From: Eledone cirrhosa
Lineage: Eukaryota
Reading direction: 5' to 3'
NCBI GenBank assembly: GCA_964016885.1
Contig: OZ024746.1
Coordinates: 82,832,001 to 82,896,000 of the forward strand
Length of the DNA stretch: 64,000 nucleotides
Each line of letters opens with the position of its first letter. The first letter of the stretch is position 1. The translations under genes and the position numbers were made by a program. This document shows, piece after piece, positions 32,035 to 50,087 of the stretch. The notes beneath the pieces are model-generated. The model made no database searches and was not told the DNA's origin. It saw only the letters and a list, made by a program, of their open reading frames with translations.

Positions 32035-32138
<104 letters not shown>

Positions 32139-32350
32139 TATATATACACATATATAGGTTTACCTATATATGTATATATATAAATATTGGAAAAGTAAAT
32201 AACAACATAACAACAACAAGGAGTAGAGTTACGAAATGTGTTGTTAGATATTAGGTTCACGCTTGTATATATATCTCTCTCTATATATATATATCTATAT
32301 ATATCTGTATATATCTATATATCTATATCTATATATATATAATATATATA

Positions 32351-32426
<76 letters not shown>

Positions 32427-32488
32427 ATAAAGAAAAAAAGATGAAATCGAAAATGCAACTGGAGTGTTATTTAAAAAAAAAATATATA

Positions 32489-32738
<250 letters not shown>

Positions 32739-32801
32739 ATATATATATATATATCTATCTATATATATATATACACATATATCTATCTATCTATCTATCT
32801 A

Positions 32802-32848
<47 letters not shown>

Positions 32849-33137
32849 TTGTATGCATGGATCCGTAACAACTTGTAAAGGCGTAGGGTCGGTGTAGTTA
32901 CATGCAGAATTTTTTAGACAATTTATTTAATCCTAAATACAGCAAATTTCTTCCAGGATAAGAGGGTGATACAGAGGACGTGAGAAATGAAATATAGAGA
33001 AAGAATCGACCCGAATGCAGAACTGGTACTGTTTCTTATTTACCGCAGAAGCACAAATGGCAAAGTGGAACTCGACGGTATTTGAACCTAGACGGTAGAG
33101 ACCTGCAACGGATACTGCAGACTATTCTATCCGCCTA

Positions 33138-33177
<40 letters not shown>

Positions 33178-33189
33178 CATATATATATT

Positions 33190-33233
<44 letters not shown>

Positions 33234-33435
33234 CCTCTATATAGTTATCAATTGAAAGAAAACCAAATAAACGAAACTAGAGCACTCGCTGCATCCATTT
33301 AAGTATATATATAGGAAAATGGTCAAGACCATTTACCTATTTCCTATTACCCACTCTACTACCCTAAATATTGAGTGCTCTGGTGCGTTATGGTCCATCT
33401 GGTTCCTTACCACACTTCCTTCGTTATATATATAG

Positions 33436-33524
<89 letters not shown>

Positions 33525-33570
33525 CAATTGGAAAGACCAATGGAAACATTGTTTCCTTGTTCCGATTTGA

Positions 33571-33605
<35 letters not shown>

Positions 33606-33946
33606 TCCATTGCTCTTTCCAATTGCTAATACTATCTATCGGTCGCAACTCCAGGTAGAAGGAGCATAAACTTGTCCAAGGTTAATAACGCATCGATCCG
33701 TATCGAACAACGTCACGATTGCGAATCCAATACCCTAACCACTCAGCCATAGATATCAAATTTAAATCAAGTTTCAAAGCGAAGAGAATTTTAAGTTCCG
33801 AAAAATTAGGATGAAAAAAAAAATTAATATTAATATTTATAAATACTACGGAGTACAAATACACACATACACACACGCACATATATATGTGTATGTATAT
33901 ATATATATATATAATATATATATATATATAAGGGTTAAAATATATG

Positions 33947-33985
<39 letters not shown>

Positions 33986-34036
33986 GTATATATATACAGT
34001 ATATGTATATATATATTTATATATATATATATGTAC

Positions 34037-34124
<88 letters not shown>

Positions 34125-34170
34125 ACATATATATATATATATACATATATATATACATATATATGTATAC

Positions 34171-34224
<54 letters not shown>

Positions 34225-34341
34225 GAACATATATATATTCCCCCACCAACACCCCACTCTCCAGAGCGTGAAATTAATAAACATTTGTTGTACTGCCTCT
34301 CTGTCTTGTCCCTGTTCAAATTTTCCCATTATATATATATA

Positions 34342-34401
<60 letters not shown>

Positions 34402-34402
34402 G

Positions 34403-34494
<92 letters not shown>

Positions 34495-34506
34495 GTATAT
34501 ATGCAT

Positions 34507-34597
<91 letters not shown>

Positions 34598-34846
34598 GCA
34601 TATATATGCAAGTGTGTGTGTGTGCAGTGAAATACACAAGTTCAGCATATTTGTGTAAGAGAAGTAATTAGATACATTATATATGCATATATGCAACATG
34701 CAATATTCTATAATTGATATATGTTATAATGTAATATAATGTAATATAATGTAATATAATAGAATATAATAGAATATAATAGAATATAATAAAACATAAT
34801 ATAGTAACTATTAATACTTTTTTCTATATATGTAGTTAATGTAACT

Positions 34847-35105
34847 TGCATTGTACACCAATGTATTACTATGCATTGTACACCAATGTATTACTATGCA
34901 TTGTACACCAATGTATTACTATGCATTGTACACCAATGTATTACTATGCATTGTACACCAATGTATTACTATGCATTGTACACCAATGTATTACTATGCA
35001 TTGTACACCAATGTATTACTATGCATTGGACACCAATGTATTACTATGCATTGGACACCAATGTATTACTATGCATTGGACACCAATGTATTACTATGCA
35101 TTGTA
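34847..35105. repeat. 25-bp minisatellite x~10
   Basis: Unit TGCATTG(T/G)ACACCAATGTATTACTA. Confidence 0.95.
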
Positions 35106-35246
35106 ACATAGTAAATAATTGTTTCTACTTTAGGCACAAGGCCAGCAATTACCCAGTGCATTACTGGTACTTTAGTCCCAGTATTGTACATAGTAAATAA
35201 TATAATATAATATTATGTATAGTTTAAAACAATATAGTATAAAATA

Positions 35247-35328
<82 letters not shown>

Positions 35329-35570
35329 TATATACATACATATACATATAAACACACACACACACACACACATATAAATATATATATATATACATACACA
35401 TATATAAATAAATATATATATATATATATATACATACGCATATATAAATAAATAAATATATATATAGAAACACATACACGCACACAATATATATATATAT
35501 ATATTGCAGTTTATCTGTACAAATATATATATCCGGTTTATAATATATTTCACATTTTTATATACTATAT

Positions 35571-35875
35571 TATTTCATATTGTTTGATACAACATATATG
35601 ATATATTATTTACAATATACAGGGTGACCCTTATTTCATATTGTTTGATACAACATATGATATATTATTTACAATATACAGGGTGACCCTTATTTCATAT
35701 TGTTTGATACAACATATGATATATTATTTACAATATACAGGGTGACCCTTATTTCATATTGTTTGATACAACATATGATATATTATTTACAATATACAGG
35801 GTGACACTAAAAAATACGTACACACTTCAACACCATTCTAATAAAAGTGTGTATACATTTTTGGGGGACACCCTG
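35571..35875. mobile_element. 79-bp Tc1/mariner-type MITE (35797-35875) whose left junction is tandemly repeated x4 (~59-bp unit)
   Basis: TA-CAGGGTGAC..AAAAAT / ATTTTT..GACACCCTG-TA. The unit TATTTCATATTGTTTGATACAAC..TACAGGGTGACCCT is repeated. Confidence 0.65.
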
Positions 35876-36033
35876 TATAATGTTCATCCCGCCGAGGTTA
35901 ACTTTGCCTTTCATCCTTACGGGGTCGATAAAATAAAGTACCAGTAATACACTGGGTAATTTGCTGGCCTTGTAGAAACAATTATTTTACATTAATTTTC
36001 TTTTAACTATTCTGCAACATGACATACACATAT

Positions 36034-36123
<90 letters not shown>

Positions 36124-36125
36124 GT

Positions 36126-36185
<60 letters not shown>

Positions 36186-36251
36186 ATATGTGTATGTCAT
36201 GTTGCAGAATAGTTAAAAGAAAATTATATATATAAAAGTATATATATAAAA

Positions 36252-36313
<62 letters not shown>

Positions 36314-36373
36314 TTATATATATGATAATATATATATATTATATATATATATATATAATATATATATATATAT

Positions 36374-36427
<54 letters not shown>

Positions 36428-36480
36428 TATATATATATATATATATATAAGTATACACATATATATATACATATATATAT

Positions 36481-36582
<102 letters not shown>

Positions 36583-36664
36583 TATATATAAGTATACACA
36601 TATATATATATAACATTTATAGACAAACACATATATATAATATATATATATATATACGTATATA

Positions 36665-36695
<31 letters not shown>

Positions 36696-37142
36696 TATAT
36701 ATAGATAGATATAGATATAGATATAGATATAGATATAGATATAGATATAGATATATAAATGTATATACATATATATGCATATGTGTATACATTCAGAGAA
36801 GATATATATTGATATACAAATATACACATATGTATATATTTATGTCATTTTACATTCGTATATAATATTCATGTATTCGTCAATAAATAAAAGGCCTATT
36901 GACACTCCGTCGCCTACACCATTACACGGAGTGGAAAGTATGCTATGTACTTTAGACATAAACTGTACTTCCGTTTGGTACCATGTGGACTTTGAGACTC
37001 TGAATTGAATCGAAATTAATTCTGTGAGATTAGCAAAAGAATAATATATGACTATACATAAGCGTATATATGTAAGTAGGTGTGTGTGTGTGTGCATATA
37101 TATATATTTGTATGTATATATATATATATATATTTTTGTATG

Positions 37143-37215
<73 letters not shown>

Positions 37216-37257
37216 TAACCACTAACTGGATCACAATAAGCAATTTCCTGCTTCCCT

Positions 37258-37339
<82 letters not shown>

Positions 37340-37347
37340 GTATATAT

Positions 37348-37380
<33 letters not shown>

Positions 37381-37381
37381 G

Positions 37382-37478
<97 letters not shown>

Positions 37479-37561
37479 GTATATATATATGTATATATAT
37501 ATATGTATATATATATATATGTATATATATATATACATATATATATATGTATATATATATG

Positions 37562-37631
<70 letters not shown>

Positions 37632-37808
37632 TATATATTCATATATATATTAATATTAATATATATATATATATATACACACATATATATATATTCATAT
37701 ATATATTAATATTAATATATATATATATATATATTTATATATACATATATTTATTTATATATACATATTTACCTATATACATATATATAAAATACATATT
37801 TTTATCTA

Positions 37809-37857
<49 letters not shown>

Positions 37858-37896
37858 TATATATATATTATATATATATGTGTGTATGTGTGTAGT

Positions 37897-37927
<31 letters not shown>

Positions 37928-37996
37928 GTGTATGTATATATATAAATGTATATATATCTGTATATTTATAAAATACATACACATTTTCTATCAATC

Positions 37997-38041
<45 letters not shown>

Positions 38042-38246
38042 CTATATATATCAGATATGGTGTGGTAAAAACCAGGTAGACAATAAGCCACCTGAGTACT
38101 AGATATTTCGGGTAGTAGAGTGGGTAATTTGAAACGATGCAGGAGGGCCACCGGCTGAGCTGCGGCCGTTTCGACGGCTAGATCCAAACTGAATTTGGGT
38201 CTAGCTGTCGAAACGGCCGAAGCTCAACCGTCGGAGTCCTGAATCT

Positions 38247-38290
<44 letters not shown>

Positions 38291-38467
38291 CGAAGGGAAT
38301 ATGGTAAGGAACCAGGTGGACCATAACGCACCAAAGTACTCAATACTTAGGGTAGTAGAGTGGGTAATAGGAACGAGTAGGACCCCGACGGCTGAGCTCA
38401 AGCCGTTTCGACGTCCAGAATTAGCCGTCGAAACGGCTTGAGCTCAGCCCTCGGGGTCCTACTCGTT

Positions 38468-38560
<93 letters not shown>

Positions 38561-38569
38561 TTATATATA

Positions 38570-38621
<52 letters not shown>

Positions 38622-38644
38622 GTATAAAAATAAATACAACATAA

Positions 38645-38720
38645 TTACCTCATTACCAGAGGTTTCCCGAATGAGGCGAATACGAAATAAACGACTTCAT
38701 TCGTTCGTCAGACGAGGCAA
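38645..38720 (-). ncRNA. Type I hammerhead ribozyme motif
   Basis: Minus strand TTGCCTCGT [CTGACGA] ACGAATGA..TCATTCGG [GAAA] CC-TCT-GG [TA] ATGAGGTAA: 9-bp stem I with two G-U pairs, 7-bp stem II, GUA site. Confidence 0.8.
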
Positions 38721-39672
38721 TATAAAACATGTGTAAATACTTAGAAAAACTCATCAAGAAAATCTATATATATATATATATATATTTATTTATATATATA
38801 TTTATACATATATATATATATATACACATACATCTATATATAAGTCGTAATTCTTTGCAATGAGTGAGTGATTTCAAGAACATCTAGTTAGTGCCTATTC
38901 AAATTTTTCAAATCTCTCACCTTATGTTGATAATATTGAGATTTTCTCAGTGGTACTATTCATTTCTATTAAACACCCTTTTAAATATTATCAACTCTAC
39001 CCTACTAGTTACGATATTTCCTAAGAACGGCAGAGTGATGTGCACGCAGCATATTAATTCTTAAGTAGTTCGCTTTCCAATCATTGGGCCTCAGATTCTA
39101 TCTCTGTAAACGGAATCTTGAGCAAGTATCTTTTAACATAGTTTCTGCTTTATCCATGACTTCAGGAAGATATTTTCTAGACGGAAACAAGATTGGATAT
39201 TCATCGAATGGATTGTACATGTAATTTACAAGTGCAGATGCATAAAATTGTCACACTGAATCTCCCTGAGAATTATGTTAAGGTTACACGTCTTTATGGA
39301 ATGGTCCGCCACTTGCACATTAATTTTTGTAAGCAGGCTGTTCCGTTGATGGAAGAAATAAAACACTCATCGTTGTAACTGACGGAAGACCTTTCCTACA
39401 CTTTGTTCAGTAGAGTGGCTGGCGTGTGTGAATTTCTTTCCGAACCAATATTAGTGTTTCACGCAACAGGAATGAGTACCTTTCATACATACTTCTATGT
39501 GTGTATGTATGTGTGTATGTATGTATGTATGTATGTATGTATGTATGTATGTATGTATGTATGTATGTATGCATGTGTGAGTGTGTGTGTGTGTATCTGT
39601 GTGTCTCTGTGTGTGCTTTTAAGTATGTACACGCATACATACATTATGTATCTTTCTGTTTTACTGTTTCAT

Positions 39673-39703
<31 letters not shown>

Positions 39704-39710
39704 CATTCAT

Positions 39711-39754
<44 letters not shown>

Positions 39755-39848
39755 CAGAACGGATGCAGTACAGGCCAGTTAGATCATTACTCACCAGAGT
39801 ACTCGTAACTTGGGGTAGTAGAGTGTGTAACATGTATGTATGTATATA

Positions 39849-39927
<79 letters not shown>

Positions 39928-40143
39928 AACACACACGTACACACAAACCTACCACATACACACTCACACACAATACGGGCACAAAGGTACATATTCATGT
40001 TGTGGTTCAACTAAATGTAATTTTAGCCTTTATACTGGAAGAACTGTAGTACTCCCAGATGTATACATATAGGTATTGTGCATGAAATTATTAAAATTAT
40101 GTATGTATATATATATGTATCTGTATATATACATACATATACA

Positions 40144-40251
<108 letters not shown>

Positions 40252-40255
40252 GATG

Positions 40256-40306
40256 AGATTCTACAGGACTAGAACTGTTTCATTCATTAGAAATCATCAG
40301 GAATCT
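40256..40306 (-). ncRNA. Type I hammerhead ribozyme motif within an inverted duplication
   Basis: Minus strand AGATTC [CTGATGA] TTTC-TAAT-GAAT [GAAA] CAG-TTCTAGTC-CTG [TA] GAATCT. 40248-40291 is inverted at 40304-40347. Relatives lie at 16058, 19873, 20053 and 48951. Confidence 0.8.
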
Positions 40307-40422
40307 AATGAATGAAACAGTTCTAGTCCTGTAGAATCTCATCTATATTAAAACTGTTATACTCTGCTATGTATTGAGTACCTTAATTACTGTGGTTACC
40401 TCCGATTCAACCTGGAATAACG

Positions 40423-40453
<31 letters not shown>

Positions 40454-40690
40454 ATTGTTTCTACTTTAGGCACAAGGCCAGCAATTACCCAGTGTATTAC
40501 TGGTACTTTATTTTATCGACCCCGTAAGGATGAAAGGCAAAGTCAACCTCGGCTATATATAATAATAAGGGTTGTCGGACCCAGCATATTTATCAATGCC
40601 AGTACCGGTTGTATCTCAGCGCACTCAATGGGCAATGTTGGATACTTAACAGAGTACACACATGGTTATTTGCCTCAACTCAACACATGT

Positions 40691-40927
<237 letters not shown>

Positions 40928-40929
40928 GG

Positions 40930-41007
<78 letters not shown>

Positions 41008-41225
41008 TTAGATACATAGGCACACATATATATGTATATATATGTATATATATATATATATATATAAATATATGTACATATATATATATATATATATAAA
41101 TATATGTGTATATATGTAAATATATGTGTGTGTATATATATATATAAATATATATATATACTTAGATACATAGACACACATATATATTGTATATGTATGT
41201 ATATTCATACGTGTATTTAAGGTAA

Positions 41226-41298
<73 letters not shown>

Positions 41299-41532
41299 TG
41301 CATACCCCCCCCCCCACACACACATATAAATATGTATATATATATACTAAAGTTTTACTACATTATATAACTTTTGTTTCCCCCTGACCTCAATCGGAAA
41401 AACCATTCTTTATTATAATATATATATATATTATAATTAAGAATGGTTTTTCCGATTGAGGTCAGGGGGAAACCACATATATACTATATACACACACATA
41501 CATATATATACATACACATATATAAATACATA

Positions 41533-41602
<70 letters not shown>

Positions 41603-41628
41603 ATATTATATATTATATATTATATATA

Positions 41629-41719
<91 letters not shown>

Positions 41720-41761
41720 ATATATATATAATATATAATATATAATATATATATATATATA

Positions 41762-41859
<98 letters not shown>

Positions 41860-42001
41860 GTTAAGGGTGAAAGCAGCGATTCTTTGCTTAAACTTTAATC
41901 TGTTATTTTAATAAATATTTGCTCTACGGTTCTTATATATTTGATATATATTTATCCTTATCGAGCCCTCTTTGGATTTTAGTCTTCAAATTTATTATTA
42001 T

Positions 42002-42072
<71 letters not shown>

Positions 42073-42267
42073 TTTAGGTTTGAAGGTTCACCACTGGATA
42101 GAGCTGGTCATTCCGTATGGTCAATCTTGATGTAATAATATGGAGAGTACTCAACGTAAAGCAGCTCAACCGTCTTTGTTTGTGTAGTTGGTGGTGCGAG
42201 TACGGAGTTAAATATTATAATGAAATGACAGGAGGCTGGACTTGTGTAAATCCTTGAAAGGTTTATT

Positions 42268-42325
42268 ATACTATGATCATTTCAATGACAGGGTTCCGTA
42301 TGAATCCGGTGATATCATCAGGTAT
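42268..42325 (-). ncRNA. Minimal type I hammerhead ribozyme motif
   Basis: Minus strand ATAC [CTGATGA] TATCACCGGATTCATACGGAACCCTGTCATT [GAAA] TGATCA [TA] GTAT, then AATAAA. Stem III is palindromic. Confidence 0.7.
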
Positions 42326-42426
42326 TCGAAATATAATAAGTGAATGTAACAGATAAAATCCATGGGGCTGAAAATCAAAGACCCGAGGACGACCACCATC
42401 CAGCATCTTCCACGTTTGCCGGTCGC

Positions 42427-42507
<81 letters not shown>

Positions 42508-42642
42508 AAAATGATGGAACAATTGTACCTAGTTCACGCTTGGTGGGTGAATATAGATACTATGAAACAGAAACTATTCAGGTGAATAAGAAACATACAG
42601 GTTGAACATAAAACATAAAATAAATCTCAAATAAACGCATTG

Positions 42643-42765
<123 letters not shown>

Positions 42766-42962
42766 ATTGGAAATTAGTAAAATCGAATCTTTGGCGGTTT
42801 GCAAGTAAATTTAGCCTACTTGAAGTGATGAGTTAGCAAAGCACTCGATAAAGTAGGGCCTTAGAGTAATAACATACGTTTAAATAGCTTGACAAATCGA
42901 ACATTGTGGTAGGCGAATCTAACACACAATATATACCAAAGTAACGATAGAACTAATCAGGT

Positions 42963-43029
<67 letters not shown>

Positions 43030-43177
43030 TATATATTTATATATGCAGAGGTTATATTTAATTTGTTGGGATTCAACAAGCTTAAACATTTCTATAACTG
43101 ATATAAAGCACTCAACAGTTTGTGGAGTAAATATACAATATATTAACAAATGGAAACTATATTTATAAAACCATATT

Positions 43178-43243
43178 TATTTTATTATACATATTTCAAG
43201 GGCCACCAAGGCAAATTATGGTGCGCTTTCATCAGATAAAATA
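43178..43243 (-). ncRNA. Minimal type I hammerhead ribozyme motif (left arm of an inverted repeat)
   Basis: Reverse complement of 43391-43456. Confidence 0.8.
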
Positions 43244-43390
43244 CAATACAGATTAGTTTTATAAATAAATATTGACATACCCTGAAACTTTCTATCACCC
43301 TCAATAAATGTAATATCTCCACTATCCAGGAACCTCCAACCGTTAAGGTTGTCTTCTTTCAATATTTATTTATAAAACTAATCTGTATTG

Positions 43391-43456
43391 TATTTTATCT
43401 GATGAAAGCGCACCATAATTTGCCTTGGTGGCCCTTGAAATATGTATAATAAAATA
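43391..43456 (+). ncRNA. Minimal type I hammerhead ribozyme motif (right arm of an inverted repeat)
   Basis: TATTTTAT [CTGATGA] AAGCGCACCA..TGGTGGCCCTT [GAAA] TATGTA [TA] ATAAAATA: perfect 8-bp stem I. Confidence 0.8.
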
Positions 43457-43572
43457 AATATGGTTTTATAAATATAGTTTCCATTTGTTAATATATTGTA
43501 TATTTATATATAAATATATATATGTATAAATATATAGATTTATATATATATAAATATATATATATGTATATA

Positions 43573-43656
<84 letters not shown>

Positions 43657-43685
43657 TATATATATATATGTATATATATAGAGAG

Positions 43686-44015
43686 AGAAAAAAAAAGATG
43701 AAATCGAAAATGCAACTGGAGTCTTATTTAAAAAAAATATATATATAATTATTTGGTTCCTTTACCGGTTTCGCAGTTCTTCTGCTTTTCAAAAGTAGAG
43801 TTGAGATGGAGGGTCTGTGGTTTTTGACCCTCCATCTCAACTCTACTTTTGAGAAGCAGAAGAACTGCGAAACCGGTAAAGGAACCAAGTAATTATATAT
43901 ATATTTTTTAAAAATAAGACTCCAGTTGCATTTTCGATTTCATCCTTTTTCTCTTTATACTTTCACTCGTGTAGGACACCTCGGTTATTTTTCATTTTGT
44001 AAAAAAAAACCTCAC

Positions 44016-44023
<8 letters not shown>
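43686..44023. mobile_element. Fold-back element with U3-A8 hammerhead motifs on both arms (43760-43795 minus; 43846-43881 plus)
   Basis: ~43697-43815 is inverted at 43826-43944. Cores TTGAAAA and TTGAGAA are each followed by GCAG..CTGC GAAA CCGG TA AAG. Confidence 0.75.
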
Positions 44024-44074
<51 letters not shown>

Positions 44075-44198
44075 TAACGAAGGAAAAGTGGTAAGGAACC
44101 AGATGGACGATAACGCACCAAAGTACTCAATACTTAAGGTAGTAGAGTGGGTTAGCCATTGAAACGGCTTGAGCTCAGCCGTCGGGGTCCTACTCGTT

Positions 44199-44255
<57 letters not shown>

Positions 44256-44361
44256 AGAGAGAGCGAGATAGATAGATAGATAGATACGGTAAAGGAGAGA
44301 CGGATAGTATATATATACATATCTGAAATAATTATAACTTAAATGCAACCGTCTCGCTTCT

Positions 44362-44423
<62 letters not shown>

Positions 44424-44554
44424 TCATACATACATAATTATGTGTGTAAATGTGTGTGTTTTTGTTTACATATGTATATATGCATCTGTATTTTTTTTCC
44501 AGTTGAGCAGCAAATCATTTCATTCCCTGTGAAAAGTGTTGTTATACACACACA

Positions 44555-44586
<32 letters not shown>

Positions 44587-44829
44587 TACACACACACACA
44601 CACACACACGTACACACACACACATGTATATACACGAACTTTTCACTGGTTACGTACCTAAAGACAGGAAACAATCACTAGAAAATGTTATTCGTTATTG
44701 TTATTAATTATTAATATTTATTAATAGGTCATTAATTGTATATGATTTAGGAAATAGTGTTATATACATACCTATATAATGTATATGTTCACATACATAC
44801 ATGCGTAAATGCATACATACATACATACA

Positions 44830-44901
<72 letters not shown>

Positions 44902-45024
44902 TACATGTATGCATATATTCATAGTATGTACCTGATGGATGTATCTTTGACCTAAGAGTTCTAGTAGAATTCTCATTTAAATTTGGTATTTTTTTAAACG
45001 AATAAAATGAATATATACTTAACC

Positions 45025-45078
<54 letters not shown>

Positions 45079-45186
45079 ACGTGTGTGTGTGTGCTTACAG
45101 ACACACACAAACACACACAAACACATATATATCTATATACATATTTATTGAGGGTGGTCAATATTACACACCATTATATTTCACAT

Positions 45187-45287
45187 CCCGCCGAGGTGGA
45201 CTTTGCCTTTCATCCTTACGGTGTCGATAAAATAAAGTACCAGTAATGCACTGGGTAATTGCTGGCCTTGTGCCAAAAGTAGAAACA
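45187..45287 (+). mobile_element. 5'-truncated SINE with 14-bp TSD
   Basis: TSD ATTATATTTCACAT at 45173-45186 and 45288-45301. Confidence 0.85.
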
Positions 45288-45382
45288 ATTATATTTCACA
45301 TGTTTTTTGACATATAAGATTTTAATTAGTTTAAACAGTATTTTAGAAGTTAATCCATTGTAAGTGTGTGCCTGTGTAGTAT

Positions 45383-45478
<96 letters not shown>

Positions 45479-45581
45479 AGTATACACTCACACACACACA
45501 TATATATATATAGTAATAATAAGTGTGAAGACTAAAATCCGAAGAGGGCTCGATAAGGATTACATATATAAATTTAAAAAA

Positions 45582-45639
<58 letters not shown>

Positions 45640-45726
45640 CAAACCTTAGAGCAAATATTGATTATAAGTACAGATTAAAGTTTAAGCTAATAATAATATA
45701 TATATACATATATACATATATACATA

Positions 45727-45835
<109 letters not shown>

Positions 45836-45930
45836 AATATATATATGTGTATATATAGTTAATAAAAGAAACACACAAAACACAGGAGGCAATTTTACAC
45901 AGTCATATTAGGTTGACGGTTGGTGTATGT

Positions 45931-45964
<34 letters not shown>

Positions 45965-46063
45965 GCTATATATACGTGACATTTGTAAAATATCATTATA
46001 TTTCATCCAATTTAATTCAGAAATTACATTACATTTTCATTCCATAAGCCATTTAATTAAAGC

Positions 46064-46101
<38 letters not shown>

Positions 46102-46162
46102 TATATCTATATATAAATTATATCTATATATATATACACATATATATATATATTTATATATA

Positions 46163-46258
<96 letters not shown>

Positions 46259-46625
46259 CGCGCTTTAATTAAATGGCTTATGGAATGAAAATGTAATGTA
46301 ATTTCTGAATTAAATTGGTTGAAATATAATATTTTACATATTTTATAAATAATTAATTCGTTTATTGTCAGGGAGAATTTTGTATTGAATGCATTAATTT
46401 TGTAACATGGTTCTTTATATATATATATATATATGTGTGTGTATGTATGTATCTATATATGTATATATGCATGTATCTATGTCTATTTCTCTATGTGTCT
46501 ATACTTACATATGTATGTATGTATTTATGTATGCATGTATGCATATTTGTTTTGAATATATGCATATTTGTAAATTTATAATCTATATGTCTGTATACAT
46601 ATGCATGTCAATTTATACTCACACA

Positions 46626-46839
<214 letters not shown>

Positions 46840-46949
46840 TATGTTTATACATATATAAATATATTTGAGTATGTATGTATGTACGTATGTATATATATGT
46901 ATGTTTTTACACATACGCACTCACATGTATATGCATATTTATATTTGTG

Positions 46950-47033
<84 letters not shown>

Positions 47034-47434
47034 AATATATATATATATTAAAATAACTGATTAAATTTTAAGCAAAGAATCGCTGCTTTCACCCTTAACG
47101 GGATCTTCTGAAACTAACAAAGTCAATCTGTAAACGCAGAAGTGGATATTTCAAAAAACGTTGCAACCGGAGGAAGACAGGAAGAGGGTACTTTGGTTCG
47201 TGGAAACGTCCCCTATGCAAATACAGTTTGAATTGTTTTGATTCTCTCAATCAATATAGGGCATCCTTACTATATGATTATAAAATTATGTTAATCATTC
47301 TTCCCCCTGATACAAATTTATATTTAGTTTTGCCTCATGCTATATATATTTATTTGGGTGTTTTTCTCCCCAAACAGCTAATATTAACCCTTTATAAACT
47401 ATATTATCTATCCTTTAACCCTTTCGTTATTGAT

Positions 47435-47680
47435 TTAAATCTAAATTTGAGAAATCTGCTGTGGACGTGGATGTTTTCAAGACTCATCTTGACAGTCTGC
47501 TATCGAGGATCCCAAATGAACCCACAGCACAGAACTAAGGTAACCTTAGGGCAGCAGCAACGAACTCCCTCTTACACTAATGGCCAGCCAACACAAGATG
47601 GATATAGAATTTGTAGCAACAAGAGCGCTGTCCCAGCATGACCCCAGCTGGATGGCTGGAACAGGTAAAAGAGTAAAAGA
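47435..47680 (+). mobile_element. CR1-like LINE 3' end fragment
   Basis: VDVDVFKTHLDSLLSRIPNEP from 47461 matches the FK..LD..L..IPD.P ORF2 terminus. The tail CCCAGCATGACCCCAGC..GGTAAAAGAGTAA has relatives at 26438-26492 and 55054-55090. Confidence 0.65.
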
Positions 47681-48523
47681 ATAAATAATAATTTCTCTTT
47701 CATCGAGTTAAACTAATTAAAACTAACTAAAGTTGTTATATATTTCAAAGCGGAAATTTTGAAATATCTCATATTGAACAGTATAGTAGTATCAATATTG
47801 CTCAATATAATTAGAAAGAAAGTAAGAAAAACAATTAATTATTGCTACATTATGATGAATATTGGAAAAAGAATTCAGTAGAATGTAATCTTTACTTTAT
47901 GATTTCTAAATCCCATAGTATTGACATGGTTAATGTACAGATATCTGAAATATAACACTATGTATTCAGCATTGATGTTTGAATAATGTATATTAATAAA
48001 TAGACACATGACATATGTGAATCAAATTGGGTTGAAGGAAACAGTTTTGAAAGCCCTTCCGATAGAGTGTACCTGTAATCTAAAAGAAGGGCTTATATTG
48101 TATCACGCGAAATCTCATTGAGAATTACGTTATAGGTATATATTCCTGTGGAATTTCACCAATTATACATTAATTTCTTAAGCATGCAGTTCTATTGATC
48201 GAACAACTAGAACAATCATCGTCTTAGACGACAGAGGTCCCCCACTTCATTCATTTCTTTTATTTAAATATGTTTTAAATACGGAAAATTTTATTTTGTC
48301 ATGTCGAAATGTAGTAACAAAAAAATTTGTCATCCATTGAAATGTACAATTATATCTCATTAGCCAGTGGCGGTGACATGTTTTGTTCAATAGTTGTATT
48401 GCAGAACCAGAGTAATAGACAAAGTGTCCTAACTCACCCCAGTTTGTCACTGGTGCTCAAATTAAAACATTGTCTCAAGATCATTTTTTCTGTCTGTATA
48501 TACTGTGTGTGTGTGTATATATT

Positions 48524-48649
<126 letters not shown>

Positions 48650-48776
48650 GCAGACACACACGCACAGATACAGATATACATATATATATATATATATATA
48701 ACACAAAAATACTTATACATACACACATATATAAATACACACACGCATATATATATATATATACATATATATACCT

Positions 48777-48828
<52 letters not shown>

Positions 48829-48887
48829 AGGTATATATATGTATATATATATGCGTGTGTGTATTTAGATATGTGTGTATGTATAAG

Positions 48888-48953
<66 letters not shown>

Positions 48954-49353
48954 TGAGATTCTACAGGACTAGAACTGTTTCATTCTTTAGAAAGTATGTG
49001 TGTGTGTGTGTGTGTGTGTACGTTTGTATGTTTGAGTTTATGTATGAGTGTGTTATCTATGAATTGAATCAGTGAGGGCTTCATAATTTACACAATACAA
49101 AAATAAACACTTTGTTTCGAATTAACCAAAAATATTTAAATAAAATGTCACTAATTGCTTCTGTTTTGGCTAATATAGTTGTTCGGATTAAATACTGTGT
49201 GCTTGGTACAATGATTATTATCCTCATAAAGAAGTAATTATATATATACATATAATGAAAAGAACGAAGAATACAACTTTTTATCATTATGCTTATTTTT
49301 ATCATTGGTAGAATTTCTAAGCGTGTTAACAATACATTATGAATACCATAACG

Positions 49354-49414
49354 ATAAAATAAAGTACCAGTAATGTACTGGGTAATTGCTGGCCTTGTGC
49401 CAAACGTAGAAACA
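49354..49414 (+). mobile_element. Heavily 5'-truncated SINE with 18-bp TSD
   Basis: TSD ATTATGAATACCATAACG at 49336-49353 and 49415-49432. Confidence 0.85.
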
Positions 49415-49627
49415 ATTATGAATACCATAACGTTATTCTGATGATGAGGCCGAGAACGTCTTGAAACCACTTGCATTTAGGGATGCTAATGTTTCAAAAT
49501 ATACAGAGAACCCTTTGGAGAAAATATGAAGTATGTAACTTGTTTGGGAAAAACTGTTCTCTTTTTTATGTACGCCCCCCACCCCCACATCCGCAAACAC
49601 ACACTTGCACACGCAGATACACACATT

Positions 49628-49658
<31 letters not shown>

Positions 49659-49659
49659 G

Positions 49660-49757
<98 letters not shown>

Positions 49758-49772
49758 TACATATATATATGC

Positions 49773-49844
<72 letters not shown>

Positions 49845-50018
49845 ATGTTAATGTGCATTAATATTTAATTCTGGTTCCTGAGGTAGAGAGTAATTTATTT
49901 AATATGTGAGTGCGTTGCTCACACGAAACACCACTAAGTATATATACATACATTCATACCCATACACACACACGCACACACGCACCCACGCACACACACA
50001 TATATATATTTACACACA

Positions 50019-50087
<69 letters not shown>

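Noticed and set aside
36895-36955. TTGA-CACTCCG..CGGAGTG-GAAA-GTATGC-TA
   Set aside because: Three core nucleotides are missing and there is no stem I.
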